A DNA stretch of 64,000 nucleotides. Source: Flaccisagitta enflata (Eukaryota). Both the position numbers and the translations under genes were made by a program. The stretch lies in NCBI GenBank assembly GCA_965153355.1, contig OZ231126.1, positions 46,624,001 through 46,688,000 of the forward strand, read 5' to 3'. Below the pieces are notes generated by a model that saw only the letters and a program-made list of their open reading frames with translations, made no database searches and had not been told where the DNA came from. Below, in pieces: positions 15,824 through 27,663 of this stretch (position 1 is its first letter; each line of letters opens with the position of its first letter).

Positions 15824-15921
15824 CTGAAAGGATACAAGTGTGCAAACACGGTCTGGCCAACTCCCTCCTCCGCGACGGTAAACAGAAAATTGACCAAAAA
15901 GTACATGAAATCGTTCAAAAG
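15824..15921 (-). CDS. Peptide GPCR exon 3 (TM2-ECL1)
   Basis: LLNDFMYFLVNFLFTVAEEGVGQTVFAHLYPFS; tttcag| and |gtaagc; phases match both neighbours. Confidence 0.88.
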
Positions 15922-16242
15922 CTGAAAGAAAAGACGAGAGTATCTTTTACATCTTTCTGAAAAGACTTTGCAGGACGGCGTAGATGGAAAATGGAAAATC
16001 CTTTCTCATGGTTGATTTCCTGGATTCCGGAATATCACGTTCCTAAAGAAATGTTTGTGAGCTTAGGAAGTGGAAGCGGTTGACCGCTTCCAATTCGGAG
16101 GATGGGATAGCTACCAGTACCAGTATTTGGTCTGTAAAATGGAAGCGGAAGCAGAAGCGATGAAAGCGGCTCGAAATTCGACCGCTTCCACATCCCTCTA
16201 GTTAACATGGAATGACTTTTCAAAAGGTGGTGTGCTACAGTA

Positions 16243-16838
16243 CTATCTTAGAAATAAAAAGGTTTCCACCTGTAACATTAGTTCATTTATTGATATAAAA
16301 ATGGACAAAAATCAATTGCAAATCCATGAATATTTACTGTTAGCCTCCTTTGACTGAATCACTGCCGCTATTTATCAGGGAAACAGTTCGCGGAGCCTCT
16401 TCGTACTCTGAAGTGATGGCGTTCCAGACCTCTCTAGCAATTTTTTTAATCCCTTCTTTTACTACGTTTACACTAATAACTCCAAAGAAAATCAACAACT
16501 CATAGAAAAATTGGCGACATAAACATAGCCCTTCAAATTTGCAAGCAGTCTACGCAAACCGCATCTGTCTAGCTCAATGCGTTTAAAAGCAATCAAAAAA
16601 AAAATGAAGTGTCATCATTTGAAGATTTTGTAGAAATGATAAACGCAAAATTGAAACATTTCATTCAATGTTGATTAACTTTTGAGAGCATTGAGCTAGA
16701 AATATGCGGTTTGCGTAGATTGCTTGCAAATTTAAGGGGCTTTAAATAATCTCACAATTTTTTGATGACGCATTGGTTCCAGTCTTAGATATACATTTAT
16801 TCATGTGGATTGTGGAAACCTTTTTATTTCTAAGATAG
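16243..16838. mobile_element. Tc1/mariner-type MITE
   Basis: 27-bp TIR ctatcttagaaataaaaaggtttccac, TA flanks, internal ~52-bp inverted repeat (16528-16580 / 16689-16740). Confidence 0.85.
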
Positions 16839-18189
16839 TACATGTCACTTAACATTTTTTCAACCTCTCACTTGCCGCTGTGATTAGTGCGATTTGTTTA
16901 TAAAGCACATGAATATTGAGACATACAAAAACAGATATGAATAAATTTGACTGAGTAATGGCTGTACGTCTAGAGATGACCTCCATCTCCATTTTCTCAC
17001 ACTAAAACGGGAATGGAGGAAAGATGTTGTCCCCGTCAAAAGTCAATAATTTTTTGAAAGCATAAGGAAAACCATAAGAAAAAAACCCTCAGAGCAGATT
17101 CGGTTGTATCCCTCACGACCCAACGTCTACCATGCTGAACCAGATATAGTCATCTGTTCCTTTTCAGATTTGCTTAACTGGAATTAATCTTATATTGGCT
17201 ATCCTTGTATTGAAGCAACCATATGGCAATAGCTCCTTAATGATCGGGGTGGCTGCTAGCCAGTGGATTGACATTTTAAGTCTTTTAAGCCAGCTCCCTT
17301 ATTGCCACTGATAAAATGAAAATGGCGGTCAGCATGGCACAACTGTGATTGCGCCCTAAAAGCCAATACGCGTCTTACCATCATTCTATCTACAATGATA
17401 ACGATACCCCATCTGCCGGCCACGTCATGACAATTGCCCTGAGGCGCAAGTGCTCATGACGAAGTGAAAGATAGCCATCGACTCGGCCATCCAATAATGT
17501 CCGTATCGAGAGCCATCTTTGAGTAGGCGTACGCCTCCTTCTCCTCATCTCACTCATCTCATTATACTTCCATCTTTCATTGCCCGGAAAACGCAGCTTT
17601 TGGTATCTCTTACCTGGTTTCGTTTTCCGTGGGCAAAATGGTGTACCTTGGATTTTTTGTTTGTGTGTCTGTCTCTCTGTCTGTCTGGGAATCTGCTTTC
17701 GATTACACATTCACCGTGGTGACTATTGTATTTAGGAACATTTGCGGGGCAGTTACTCGACAGAATCGGTGAGAAAAAAAGTTGACTGTTTTTTTTTACA
17801 AGCTAATCAAGTGCAAGAATATCATGAAAAATGTTTAATTGATGATTACTATCCTCTGGTATTACGCAGAAAGTGTCTACAGAGCAAGCATCTCTCCTTT
17901 GAGCAATAAAAATCCACTCAGTTTTGGGGTAGTAAGCATATGTTCGATAACAAATGCTTTCACGCGTTCAAAAAGGCCCATACTCGGCTATACTCTTGGG
18001 GTCCGACAGTTTTGATCATGCTGATTCCAAATCTGGTTTCATATTTTCACTGAAATTATCCTGAGTAACGCTAACGCTGCAACAAGACACCCTTCCTTAC
18101 AAAGAGCTAAAAAAAAACACATCATGGATGTTGCGCGCAAAAATGATGTAAACTGTTTGTTGTTTGTGATCATTCGCGTTCGTCACACA

Positions 18190-19378
18190 TTTTTTTCTTC
18201 GCGACGGAATACCATCGCGACGCGGACTATATTTGAAGGCGGGTGGGTGTCGTGGTTGTTGTCGTTGTTGTTGTGGCCCCGGGCAACGAAGTTGCGTAGA
18301 AGGCTTCCAACGAGGTTGTTGTCGTTGTTGTAGTTGTCGTCGTTGTCCTCATTTTTTAAAATGGGCTAACTCTTGAACGCGTTTACCAATTTGCTTCATA
18401 TTTGGAAGGAAGTTGTACTAGGGTAGGCCGCTCTACAGCCTATGCGTATGTTAAGATCAGATCACCCTGACCAGCCCAACCAGCCTACTAGCCTAAAAGT
18501 GAAAAACGTGCATAACTTTGGCATTTTTCAACCGATTTGGTTGAAACTTGGTATGTAGTCTCTAGATGGAAGGACTCAACATACGTATTTGATTGGTAAA
18601 GATTTTAGCATGCTAACCGGCCAAACCAGCCTATCACCCAACTAGCCTACCAGCCTAAAAGTGAAAAATGTGCATAACTTTGGCAATTTTCAACCAATTT
18701 GATTGAATCTTGGTATATAGTTTCTAAATAGAAGGACTCAACATATGTTTGCAATTAATAGAGATTTGGGCATGCTAACCAGCCAAACCAGCCTACCTCC
18801 CACCCAGCCTACAGGCTTAAAAGTGGAAAATGTGTATAATTCAGGCATTTTCCAACCAATTTGGTGGAAACTTGGTATGTAATCTTAAAATAGAAGAACT
18901 CAACATATGATTCATAAAGATTTTAGTATGCTAAATGGCCAAACTTACCTTCCACCTAACTAGCCTACCTCCTAAAAGTGAAAAATTTGCATAACTTTGG
19001 TGATTTTCAACTGATTTGGATGAAACATTCTAGACTGTCAACGCCATTTGACAATGCCATTTAAAAACATCATTTGAAAACATCATTTGAAAACATCATT
19101 TGAAAACATCATTTGACAACGCCATTTGACAACGCCGTTTGACAACGCCGTTTGACAACGCCGTTTGACAACGCCGTTTGACAACGCCGTTTGACAACGC
19201 CGTTTGACAACGCCGTTTGACAACGCCGTTTGACAACGCCGTTTGACAATGCAGTTTGACAATGCTGTTTGACAACGCAGTTCAACAACGCCATTCGACA
19301 ACGCCGTTCAACAACACCATTTGACAACGCCATTTGACAACGCTGTTTGACCCCAGTCGCGGACCCACACTCTTTTTA
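18190..19378 (+). mobile_element. DINE-like element with internal tandem arrays (~170-bp unit x4 and 13-bp tttgacaacgccg array)
   Basis: cgcgac/gtcgcg subterminal motifs and T-rich ends; repeated cctaaaagtgaaaa..tgcataactttgg unit at 18491, 18654, 18817 and 18971; 13-mer array at 19040-19350. Confidence 0.6.
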
Positions 19379-19620
19379 GATATTTTTTAGAAATTATTGC
19401 TGATATTCATACATGCAAGAATTTGTCTAATTTTCACATAGTCGTTTGGTAGAGTAAGCGCGGTGTGACAGAGGTTACCAGAGAGTTGCATTTTAGAGGC
19501 TGCTGTGTGTTTGTCCCAGCGTGTTATTGTGTTTGGGGTGGGCGAGGGTGTGAATGGGGTTATATGCCCCTACCCACCCTTCCGCAACGATAATGTGACC
19601 CGGCGTCACTTGTTCCATTG

Positions 19621-19684
<64 letters not shown>

Positions 19685-20869
19685 TAGAGGGACGGCGATA
19701 AGACAAAATGCCATCGCTTGCCCCTTCCCATATCCCTCGACGTTGCCACATTGCTTTAAAAATCACCATCACTTCGCTGTTTTGAAGATGATTATAGGAT
19801 CATCATTCTTAACCATTGTGGTGATATAAGGCTTAAGTGAGTCTTTGTGGTGAAGTATTAGGTGGGTGATGTGACATGCTCGTTTTGGACAGATACACAG
19901 CATGTTCCAAGTCAAATTTTCATCGCCAAATGGATTTCAATCGGTTAGAAAGTTGAATCCAAACAAGTGACAGTCTCGCGAAAACGGCGCCAAATTCAAT
20001 ATAGCGTGAAATAAGTTTGAATAATAGTTAAAATATGCAATATGGGGTATCAATCAAAAGCCCTTGATATTCTGCATCAATTAATACCAATAATTGTGAT
20101 TTCGGAGAAAATTTTTTTTTTTTCGTCATACTTCCCTATTGTATTCTATGCTCGGGCGTTTTCAACCCTACCCAACCAAAGGCGACCGATACTTACTTGC
20201 CGCGTATCTGGCTTTGCTTGTCTTTACTCTACTTGGAATCGAATTAGCTAGACCCTAAGTGCTTCCAATCATACAGCAGAGCACCCTTTTTCACATGATG
20301 GACCATATATGCCTTGCCGCGTGCAATGAAATATTCGTCATCTAAAACGTTGGTCAAAAAATGGTCAATCTGTGGGTCGGTCTGTGGGTTAGTCGGTAGG
20401 TTGGTCGATCGCTCGATTGTTCAGTCGGTGGATTTTCAGGATGGATATTCCATCACAGCTGCGCTGCCTCCGCTTCATTTATTATCTTGTCATGTTTTTT
20501 TTTCTAAACAGTTAGTTTTTGTATTCACTAACTTTCCTCATACCTTGGACTCTTTTCCATTCATTTCCATTTTATGTCAACACCATCCACATAATGGATT
20601 AAGAAAACAAGTGACGCGGGGTCACAATATCGTTGCGGACGGGTGGGCAGGGGCATCCAACCCAGTTCCACACCCCAACTCCCACCCCACAAACAAACTT
20701 ACACAAAAAGTATCCAAAATGCTTGTTTTTGACTGTTCGACTCGATCATTAGCGACGGACCGACGACTGACAGACCAACGGACGGAAGGACAAAGCCTCT
20801 TATAAAGTTGCGTGTTCGCAGCTAATATCCCAAACAAACAACACACGCTCCTTTTTCTTGTGCACTTAC

Positions 20870-21006
20870 TTTGAGCAGGTCTGAGGTCGCCAAGGCGCCG
20901 AGATAAATGTTAGTCGATGTTCTCATGTTTTTTTGCGCGAAGATTATCAAAGAGAGCAGGTTGCCGACAATGCCGAAAGAGCACACCACCGGATAACAAT
21001 ATAGAC
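20870..21006 (-). CDS. Peptide GPCR exon 2 (TM1-TM2)
   Basis: GLYCYPVVCSFGIVGNLLSLIIFAQKNMRTSTNIYLGALATSDLLK with the GN and LAxxD class A motifs; cacag| and |gtaagt. Confidence 0.92.
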
Positions 21007-21040
21007 CTGTGTGAGGGATTGTGAGGTGGTGAGAGTAAGG

Positions 21041-21084
<44 letters not shown>

Positions 21085-21344
21085 GACAGCTCGTAATTTA
21101 GATTTTTCTAATGTGCGTAATTTAGAATTGACCTTTTGTGCGTTACTTAGATTCTAAGTTATGAATATTTATTTATGCGCGCTCCTCAGAGTCCTTAAAA
21201 TCTCTGTTTTTCTATCCTTTGTTTATTACTTAGAATCTACTAAGAATGTCTCCTTCTCTCACTCTCTTGCTCTTTTGCTCTCGCTCTCTTGCTCTCTTGC
21301 TCTCCTCTCTCCTCTCTCTCTCCCTCTCTCTTTCTTTCTTTCTT

Positions 21345-21515
<171 letters not shown>

Positions 21516-22602
21516 CTCTCTTTTATGTGCTTTTTAGGCAGCGGCCTGTGACCTGTGACCTGTAGGACACAGGGGGCAAATTCATATGTATGTCCTTCTG
21601 TCCCTCCATCCGTCCGTACGTCCGTCCCCGCCCCCCGCCTCCTTAGGCCAGAAACCTCAAACCTTATTGAATAACATGGAAAATTGACAAAAACTGAAAC
21701 ATACAAAATTTTTCATGGAAAAATTTAGAGAAAATGCAAAAAATGCAAAAATCCTGATTGAATAACATGGAAAATAGATGAAAATGAAAAAATGCAGAAA
21801 TTCCTATTAGATAGCATTGGAAATTGACAAAAAGGAAAAAATCTCAATAAATAACATGGAAACTCACCCCTGTGTCCTACAGGACATCGGTTTTTTGGGG
21901 CTGCTGCCATGCTCACACTCAGCTTTCACTAAATCACTCCCAGCAGGGCATTGGCTACCGCTGAACATGTGGGATCCTTAGATGACTAATTGTTTGTGTG
22001 ACTTTTTCAACTGACAATGGAGGGTCGAATAGACACAGCATTTGTTAAGGTTGCATTTCCATAACTCAATGCCAGATACACGGCTTCCCTAGTTGCGTGC
22101 AGGTTGGCAGGAGCATTTTTGGAGATGGTCACTAGGGCATCTGGGCAGGAGCTGTATGCTCAAAAAGCTCAAAAATGCCAAAAAAGTACCAAGGGGACCG
22201 ACCAATCCACGGACCAATATAGCGGGGTGTAAAATCTCCTAGCAGGTGACTAAAAACAAAATGAGGAGTAACACTTTTTTGACAAAAGGGTGCCTACTGC
22301 AGTTTTTTTTCTAAGAAGCGTCACATTTTGGAAATTGGAGGATTTTGTTGGAAGATCTTGGAAGAGGCTAGGGAAGAGAATAAGGAATAAACAAGGCCAG
22401 ATGCATGGCACTCCAGTCACAGACAGTTAGGCAAGAGCAGATATCTACATTGACTATAGATTCTAAATTATATAGGGTCGTTGTTTAGATTCTAAGTTAT
22501 GGTACGAACTCTGAATACTTTTTATGAAAAATGCCATTAAGAAAGCTATAGTTTTTGTCCCTGAGTCTATGTTTGTTTGTTTTATTGGTGCTGCTTTTGG
22601 TT

Positions 22603-22639
<37 letters not shown>

Positions 22640-22655
22640 GGGAAAAAGAGAGAGA

Positions 22656-22709
<54 letters not shown>

Positions 22710-22856
22710 AGAGAGAGAAAGAGAGAGAGAGAGAAAGAGAGACAGAGACAGAGAGAGAGAGAGATTCTAAATAGATTCTAAGTAATAAACAAAGGATAGA
22801 AAGACATACATTCTAAGTTATGAACGTTTTATTATATTTGTAAATTAGATTCTAAG

Positions 22857-22936
<80 letters not shown>

Positions 22937-22953
22937 GAAAGAGAGAGAGAGAG

Positions 22954-23802
22954 TGTTACTGAGCAACCTCAGTATATATTTCTAATGCCCTATTATGCTC
23001 CTGCTTTAGCGTTCGCGCTGAGTCCTTGACTGCTTGCTTATGTCTTCTAATAAATACAGCGAAATCTTATCCAAACGAATTCTTTATTAGAAGAAGATAT
23101 CCAAAGCAACGTAGTTTGAACTGTAAAGGACAGATAATAATGGAATTTAGACAGAGACACAAAAGCTATATAGTTAGGCCAGATGCTTTAAGACTCTAAA
23201 AATGTAACATGAAAATGAATCTAATATGTAAAGGAGGCCCAAGTTACCTTGGTTATGCGCTGAGACGGTAAAGAAAAGTATCCAGTATTCTCCAAAATCA
23301 GAGGCAAAGTATGAGAGTAACAATCCAAATCAGTAAATCCGGAGCAAATAAATCGTAATAAATTCGCAGGAGAATCTATCGTAAATGAATAATGCGGAAG
23401 GGAATTTGGCGGCTCTCGACTAATTCTAAAAGTGGTCAACAGAGGGCGCTGAATTCCGCCGCCAAAATCGCCTAAACATAAGGCCCGCTCAAATCTACCG
23501 TAAACAAAAGGCCTCTTCGTAGGTAAAGCGAATTAAAGCAAAGGACGCGAATAAACCGAAACTAAACAGAGAATAAATCTATTCGGACAGACAATAATCA
23601 AATGGGACAGACATAAGGACAGTTCAGACAGACAAAGGACATCAAAATAATCATCAAAATATAAAATCAAAATAATCAACCTGAAAAGAAAAGATTAGAA
23701 ATACCCAAATACCTACCTGAAATATGAACCCAAATTCAATATATATAAACCAAAATAAATCAATACCAATAAGACATGGCCCCAAAACCTTGCTTCACGA
23801 CA
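22954..23802 (-). repeat. 3' LTR (849 bp)
   Basis: Direct repeat of 41918-42764; immediately preceded on the minus strand by the purine tract GGGGGGAG. Confidence 0.96.
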
Positions 23803-23810
23803 CTCCCCCC
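23803..23810 (-). other. Polypurine tract (plus-strand primer)
   Basis: Minus strand reads AAAACGGGGGGAG directly before the TG of the 3' LTR. Confidence 0.85.
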
Positions 23811-24439
23811 GTTTTGACTCAAATTACAATATGTTTTATGCCAATTTGGGGAAAAACTATAACGAAGTCTTGAAGCTCGGTTTTGGGCAATTTTATGTTA
23901 CACATTTGAGATGGAAAACACTGTAGTAAGAATCTTGAGGGATGTTTCTGTCGACGGCTTCACTGAGCTCCTCTGCTCATTCTTGTACAATTATAGATGT
24001 GCACTTATTAGAGTTTATTTGTTTCTGGTGTTAGTAAGTTTCAGGTGTGCACATTGGGTGGGGGGGGGGTGGGACAATTTCAATCTCAATTCTCCGTAGT
24101 ATCAACTCTCGTCGAGTTTCGTCGATGGTGATCGTGGGCACAAAATGTTTAGTCAGCGGTAGTCAGATGGAAAGTTTGTTAGTTGTAAGTGCCACGATCG
24201 AAGTAGATAATCGAGTGACCGCGTGCGCTTTCCGATTGTAAAGTGTAGTCGAACGAAAGTTTGTAAAATGTAAGTGCTACGGTCGAGAAGGAATCGCCCG
24301 TCGCCGAAGGTGAATTATAGTCCGATCGAAGTCGATGATGATTGCGGATTGCGTTCAAACCGCCACCGTACAATGTTCGTTCGTCGAATGAGCGCGGACT
24401 GACCAAGTCCGCCGAAGAAGTCGTATCGTTGAGTGGTCG

Positions 24440-24487
24440 CAGCCTGTGCCCCGCCGAAGCGGGTCCCATCCGGGCGCAAGCAGGCTG
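24440..24487 (-). repeat. Structured 44-nt motif, copy 1 of 3
   Basis: gcctgtgccccgccgaagcgggtcccatccgggcgcaagcaggc; also present at 27416-27459 and 31150-31193. Confidence 0.85.
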
Positions 24488-24549
24488 ACGTCGAAGAGGT
24501 CCATTCCATTCGTCACTACGTCGCCATCGTCGTTGACGTTGTTGTTCCG

Positions 24550-24672
24550 TTGTTGTTTCATTGTTGTTCTGTTGTTGTTTCATTGTTGTTCTGTTGTTAT
24601 CATTGTTGTTCTGTTGTTATCATTGTTGTTCTGTTGTTATCATTGTTGTTCTGTTGTTATCATTGTTGTTCA
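24550..24672. repeat. 20-bp minisatellite (cattgttgttctgttgttat)n
   Basis: Visible tandem array of about 5-6 units. Confidence 0.85.
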
Positions 24673-24747
24673 TTGTTTCTTATCGTTGTTGTGTTGTTGT
24701 CGTTTACATTGGAGGTCGCGGTGCTAGATCCGTTACAGGCGAACGGA

Positions 24748-26555
24748 TCATTGCCGACGACCACCGCTGTCGGAGTTGTCGAGGATGTAAGCGAAGAAGG
24801 TGTTGATGCGTTCCGTGGAGTTGTTGAAGCGTACATGATAGTCGTGAAGTCGTCGATTGCTGATGATACGCTGTCGTCCCCAGTAACAAATCAGCTCCAC
24901 TCTTTCGCGGACGAGCCTTTCGTAGCGATCTTCCCTGTTGACGCGCCTTTGGATGATTCTTCGGAGATGGAAGGCGGCGAAGGCGCGGTAAATTACGCGC
25001 CGATCGTTGCCGTGATAACGGCAGAGGTTAGATTCGAAGGTCATCATACCGGTACGGTCAATGTGGTAGATGTATCGGTCGAGAAGCAATCCCCAGTCGT
25101 TGGTGACGGACGAGTAGCGCCATTCCCCTTCGAGGACGACGAGCGGATCGCGTCGGACGCGCATTCCAAGACCTCTTTTCAAATTGAGCAACAAGAAAGA
25201 GTCCACCTTGAACCACGTCCATACGTCTATCGCGCGTGCGGCGATGCCTCCAGGCGGGGCCCAATATGTCGACGCGTCGTCGCTGTCGTCGTCGTCGTCG
25301 TCGTAGCATCTTGCTCCGTAGAGATGGCGAATACTTTGGACGAACGACACGAACCCGCGATAAGAATATTTGTCCACAAACGTTTTTAGGAACGGCGGCG
25401 CCATGTCCACCATGCGTTCGGTCGAGACGATGTGGACCTTCCATTCGAGATCGAGGATCCATTGGCGAATGCTGTCGCTGAACTCCGTCGCTTCACTTTC
25501 CCAAACTCGTACCGTCGGTCCGCTTCCGTAGAGGTTTCCCATGAAGACGACCTTCTTGTCGAAGCGGAGGACTCGTCGGACAAGTCGCTGCGTTTCCTCT
25601 GTTCCCCAGCGATGTACTAGATGACAATCCGGCAAGTGAGGATTGTAATAAGCGATCGTTTTAAAGGTAAGTTTATCGGAAAGAGGCATTTTAACTTTCA
25701 ATAGTCCACTCGGATTGATTTTCAAGTGCCTAAATTTGGTCAAGTACCAGTGAACATAATAATTATCATTGCGATCGAGAGTTGAGATTCAACAAGTAGT
25801 TTAATATTTAGTGAATGATTAGCAGTCTAGTGAATACAGTATGACCGATCTCACATCAAATAAGCGGTCCCAGAATCGTTGATGTCATATTAACAAGTCT
25901 GGAATTCATTGGCATCGAGTGAATGAATCGAGTGTCTATCTAACATCGAATGAATGAATCTAGAATCAACTTGACATCGAATAAATGAATCTAGAATCAA
26001 CTTGTTATCGAATGAATGAATCTAGAATCAACTTGACATCGAATGGATCCAGCAGGAGATTATTAGTGTTGAATGAATGATCAGTTCAATTTTGAATCAT
26101 TTTCGGATCGAGTCGAGTGAATGATTTTGAGTTCGTGAATGAATTTGTGAGTGGATAAGGCAACAATTGTCCGGTTGAGCAAAGCGTGATAGTTTTTAAT
26201 GTTTTTCTAACATCAACTCTCTGGAGAGTATGCGTTATTCGCCGCCGTCACTTTTCTTCGGGTAGCTAATCCGTCGTCGGTCTTCGGAGGCGCCAACGCA
26301 ATTCTCCCCCCGTCGCCTTCTTTCGCCCACACTCGTCAGCGGAGGATCCTGAGGACGATGGAGTTGAGGGTCAATATTAATATCTATCGTTTAACTATGT
26401 TTCATAGCGTTTATAACGCATTCAAAGAGGGTATCATCGTCACACTCTATCATCGATACGCTTTGCTTAACCATTCTTACCGATGATCTTTCATCGTTGC
26501 CATTCGTTCGCTGACTAGAATTGCTCCTTTCACCGAAGTCGACTATCGTCCCCAT
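24748..26555 (-). CDS. Accessory gene B: main exon 25616-24748, tentative upstream exons 26555-26481 and 26348-26252 (~346 aa, unknown function)
   Basis: The 331-aa ORF has globular, aromatic- and Arg-rich composition and an acceptor catctag|TA. The upstream exons are phase-compatible (TCG|gtaaga..cctcag|GAT; AAA|gtgacg), but the second donor is weak. Confidence 0.55.
25915..26045. repeat. ~31-bp tandem repeat (atcgaatgaatgaatctagaatcaacttgac)
   Basis: Three to four degenerate units visible. Confidence 0.75.
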
Positions 26556-26819
26556 TGTTCGAGATCGAGAAGAAAGTCACCACGGTTTTCGTCGCCAATC
26601 AATTGTTTCAATTCATCTCTATACATCGAGTTTTCTCGCATTCTCTTGGAATGCGTCGTCTGAGTTTTTAATCTCTCTGATCGAGTCTGTACATTTTGAA
26701 TCATCACATCTTCAATGAATCTGAGGAAAATGACCATTTTTACGGTCCGGTGTTATCATCAATATCATTTTTATCATCATCATCATTTTATCTTTATCCT
26801 CTTTTTTTTTTAAATTTGC

Positions 26820-27125
26820 GATATCATCGTCATCGGCATTGTACATTTAACAGCAGTAATGTAATCACAATCATTGTGCCTTTTTTCCTATCTGAACGAT
26901 GAGACTGAATCTGTCAGTCCCTCTGACCGGAAAAAATATAGCGCTGATTTTTAACCACGAAGGTAATCTAAATATACATATCGTCATCGGCATCATATAG
27001 CAAAGCAATATAATCACAATCATCGTGCCTTTTTCCCTATCTGAACGATGAGACTGAATTTGTCAGTCTTTCTGACCGGAAAAAATATAGCGCTGATTTT
27101 TAACCACGCAGGTAATCTAGACATA
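26820..27125. repeat. Tandem duplication of ~160 bp inside the accessory region
   Basis: atatcatcgtcatcggcat...gtgcctttt...ctatctgaacgatgagactgaat...ctgaccggaaaaaatatagcgctgatttttaaccacg..ggtaatcta occurs twice. Confidence 0.8.
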
Positions 27126-27129
27126 CATA

Positions 27130-27380
27130 CCGGCATCAGCCGGGGAAAAATATGTTTGGCCTAAGCCGCAAGAAACATTGGCCGAAGCCACCAGAATTAT
27201 CAGGACTAAGCCTGCCAAAAATAATAGGCCGTAGCCAGACAAGAAAATATCGGCCGGAGCCGCCTAAAAATCAGGTCTAAGCCTGTACTTAAAACTAAGG
27301 CCGAAGCCATCAAAATAATCGGCTAAAGCCGCCAAAAAATCAGGTCTAAGCCTGTACTTAAAATATTGAGCCGTAGCTCA
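27130..27380 (-). repeat. Array of ~11 mini-hairpins (GGC-UNNG-GCC type on the minus strand) with variable U-rich spacers
   Basis: On +: ccggcatcagccgg, ggcctaagcc, tggccgaagcca, caggactaagcctg, ggccgtagcc, cggccggagccg, caggtctaagcctg, ggccgaagcc, cggctaaagccg, caggtctaagcctg, tgagccgtagctca; period about 21-28 nt. Confidence 0.75.
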
Positions 27381-27412
27381 CAAGCATTAAATCAAAGATA
27401 AATCATGAGGGA

Positions 27413-27462
27413 TCCGCCTGTGCCCCGCCGAAGCGGGTCCCATCCAGGCGCAAGCAGGCGGA
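27413..27462 (-). repeat. Structured 44-nt motif, copy 2 of 3
   Basis: Same core with one substitution; closing stem extended by tcc/gga. Confidence 0.85.
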
Positions 27463-27663
27463 CCCCTAAAAAAAAAAAATTTACGAGTATGATTGGATGC
27501 CATTAGGGCTGAAAACAGGCCGATTAGTGATTTGACGATGGATACAAGCCGATTGATGACGATGGATCAAATCTGATGATTGTATGTACATGATGATGAT
27601 GCTTCGAGGAGTGAAGTGCGGTGCTGCCGGCTTCAGGCGAGCCGGATCTGCCGCTACTTCTGC

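Noticed and set aside
23221-23439. 72-aa ORF duplicated at 42183-42401
   Set aside because: Duplicated only because it lies in the LTR; non-ATG start and no motif.
24442-24485. Hammerhead ribozyme interpretation of the three-way-junction motif
   Set aside because: Lacks the CUGANGA and GAAA core on either strand.
24179-24583. Possible third accessory ORF (134 aa)
   Set aside because: Starts inside a 20-bp minisatellite and I could not link it by convincing splice sites; left unannotated.
24433-25389. 318-aa plus-strand ORF
   Set aside because: V/D/A/E-rich antisense shadow of the minus-strand gene B exon plus a 20-bp minisatellite; no independent coding signal.
27130-27380. CRISPR-like appearance of short palindromic repeats with variable spacers
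   Set aside because: Repeats are only 10-14 nt, spacers are ~10-15 nt and A-rich, there are no cas genes, and the context is eukaryotic. Reported as an RNA hairpin array instead.
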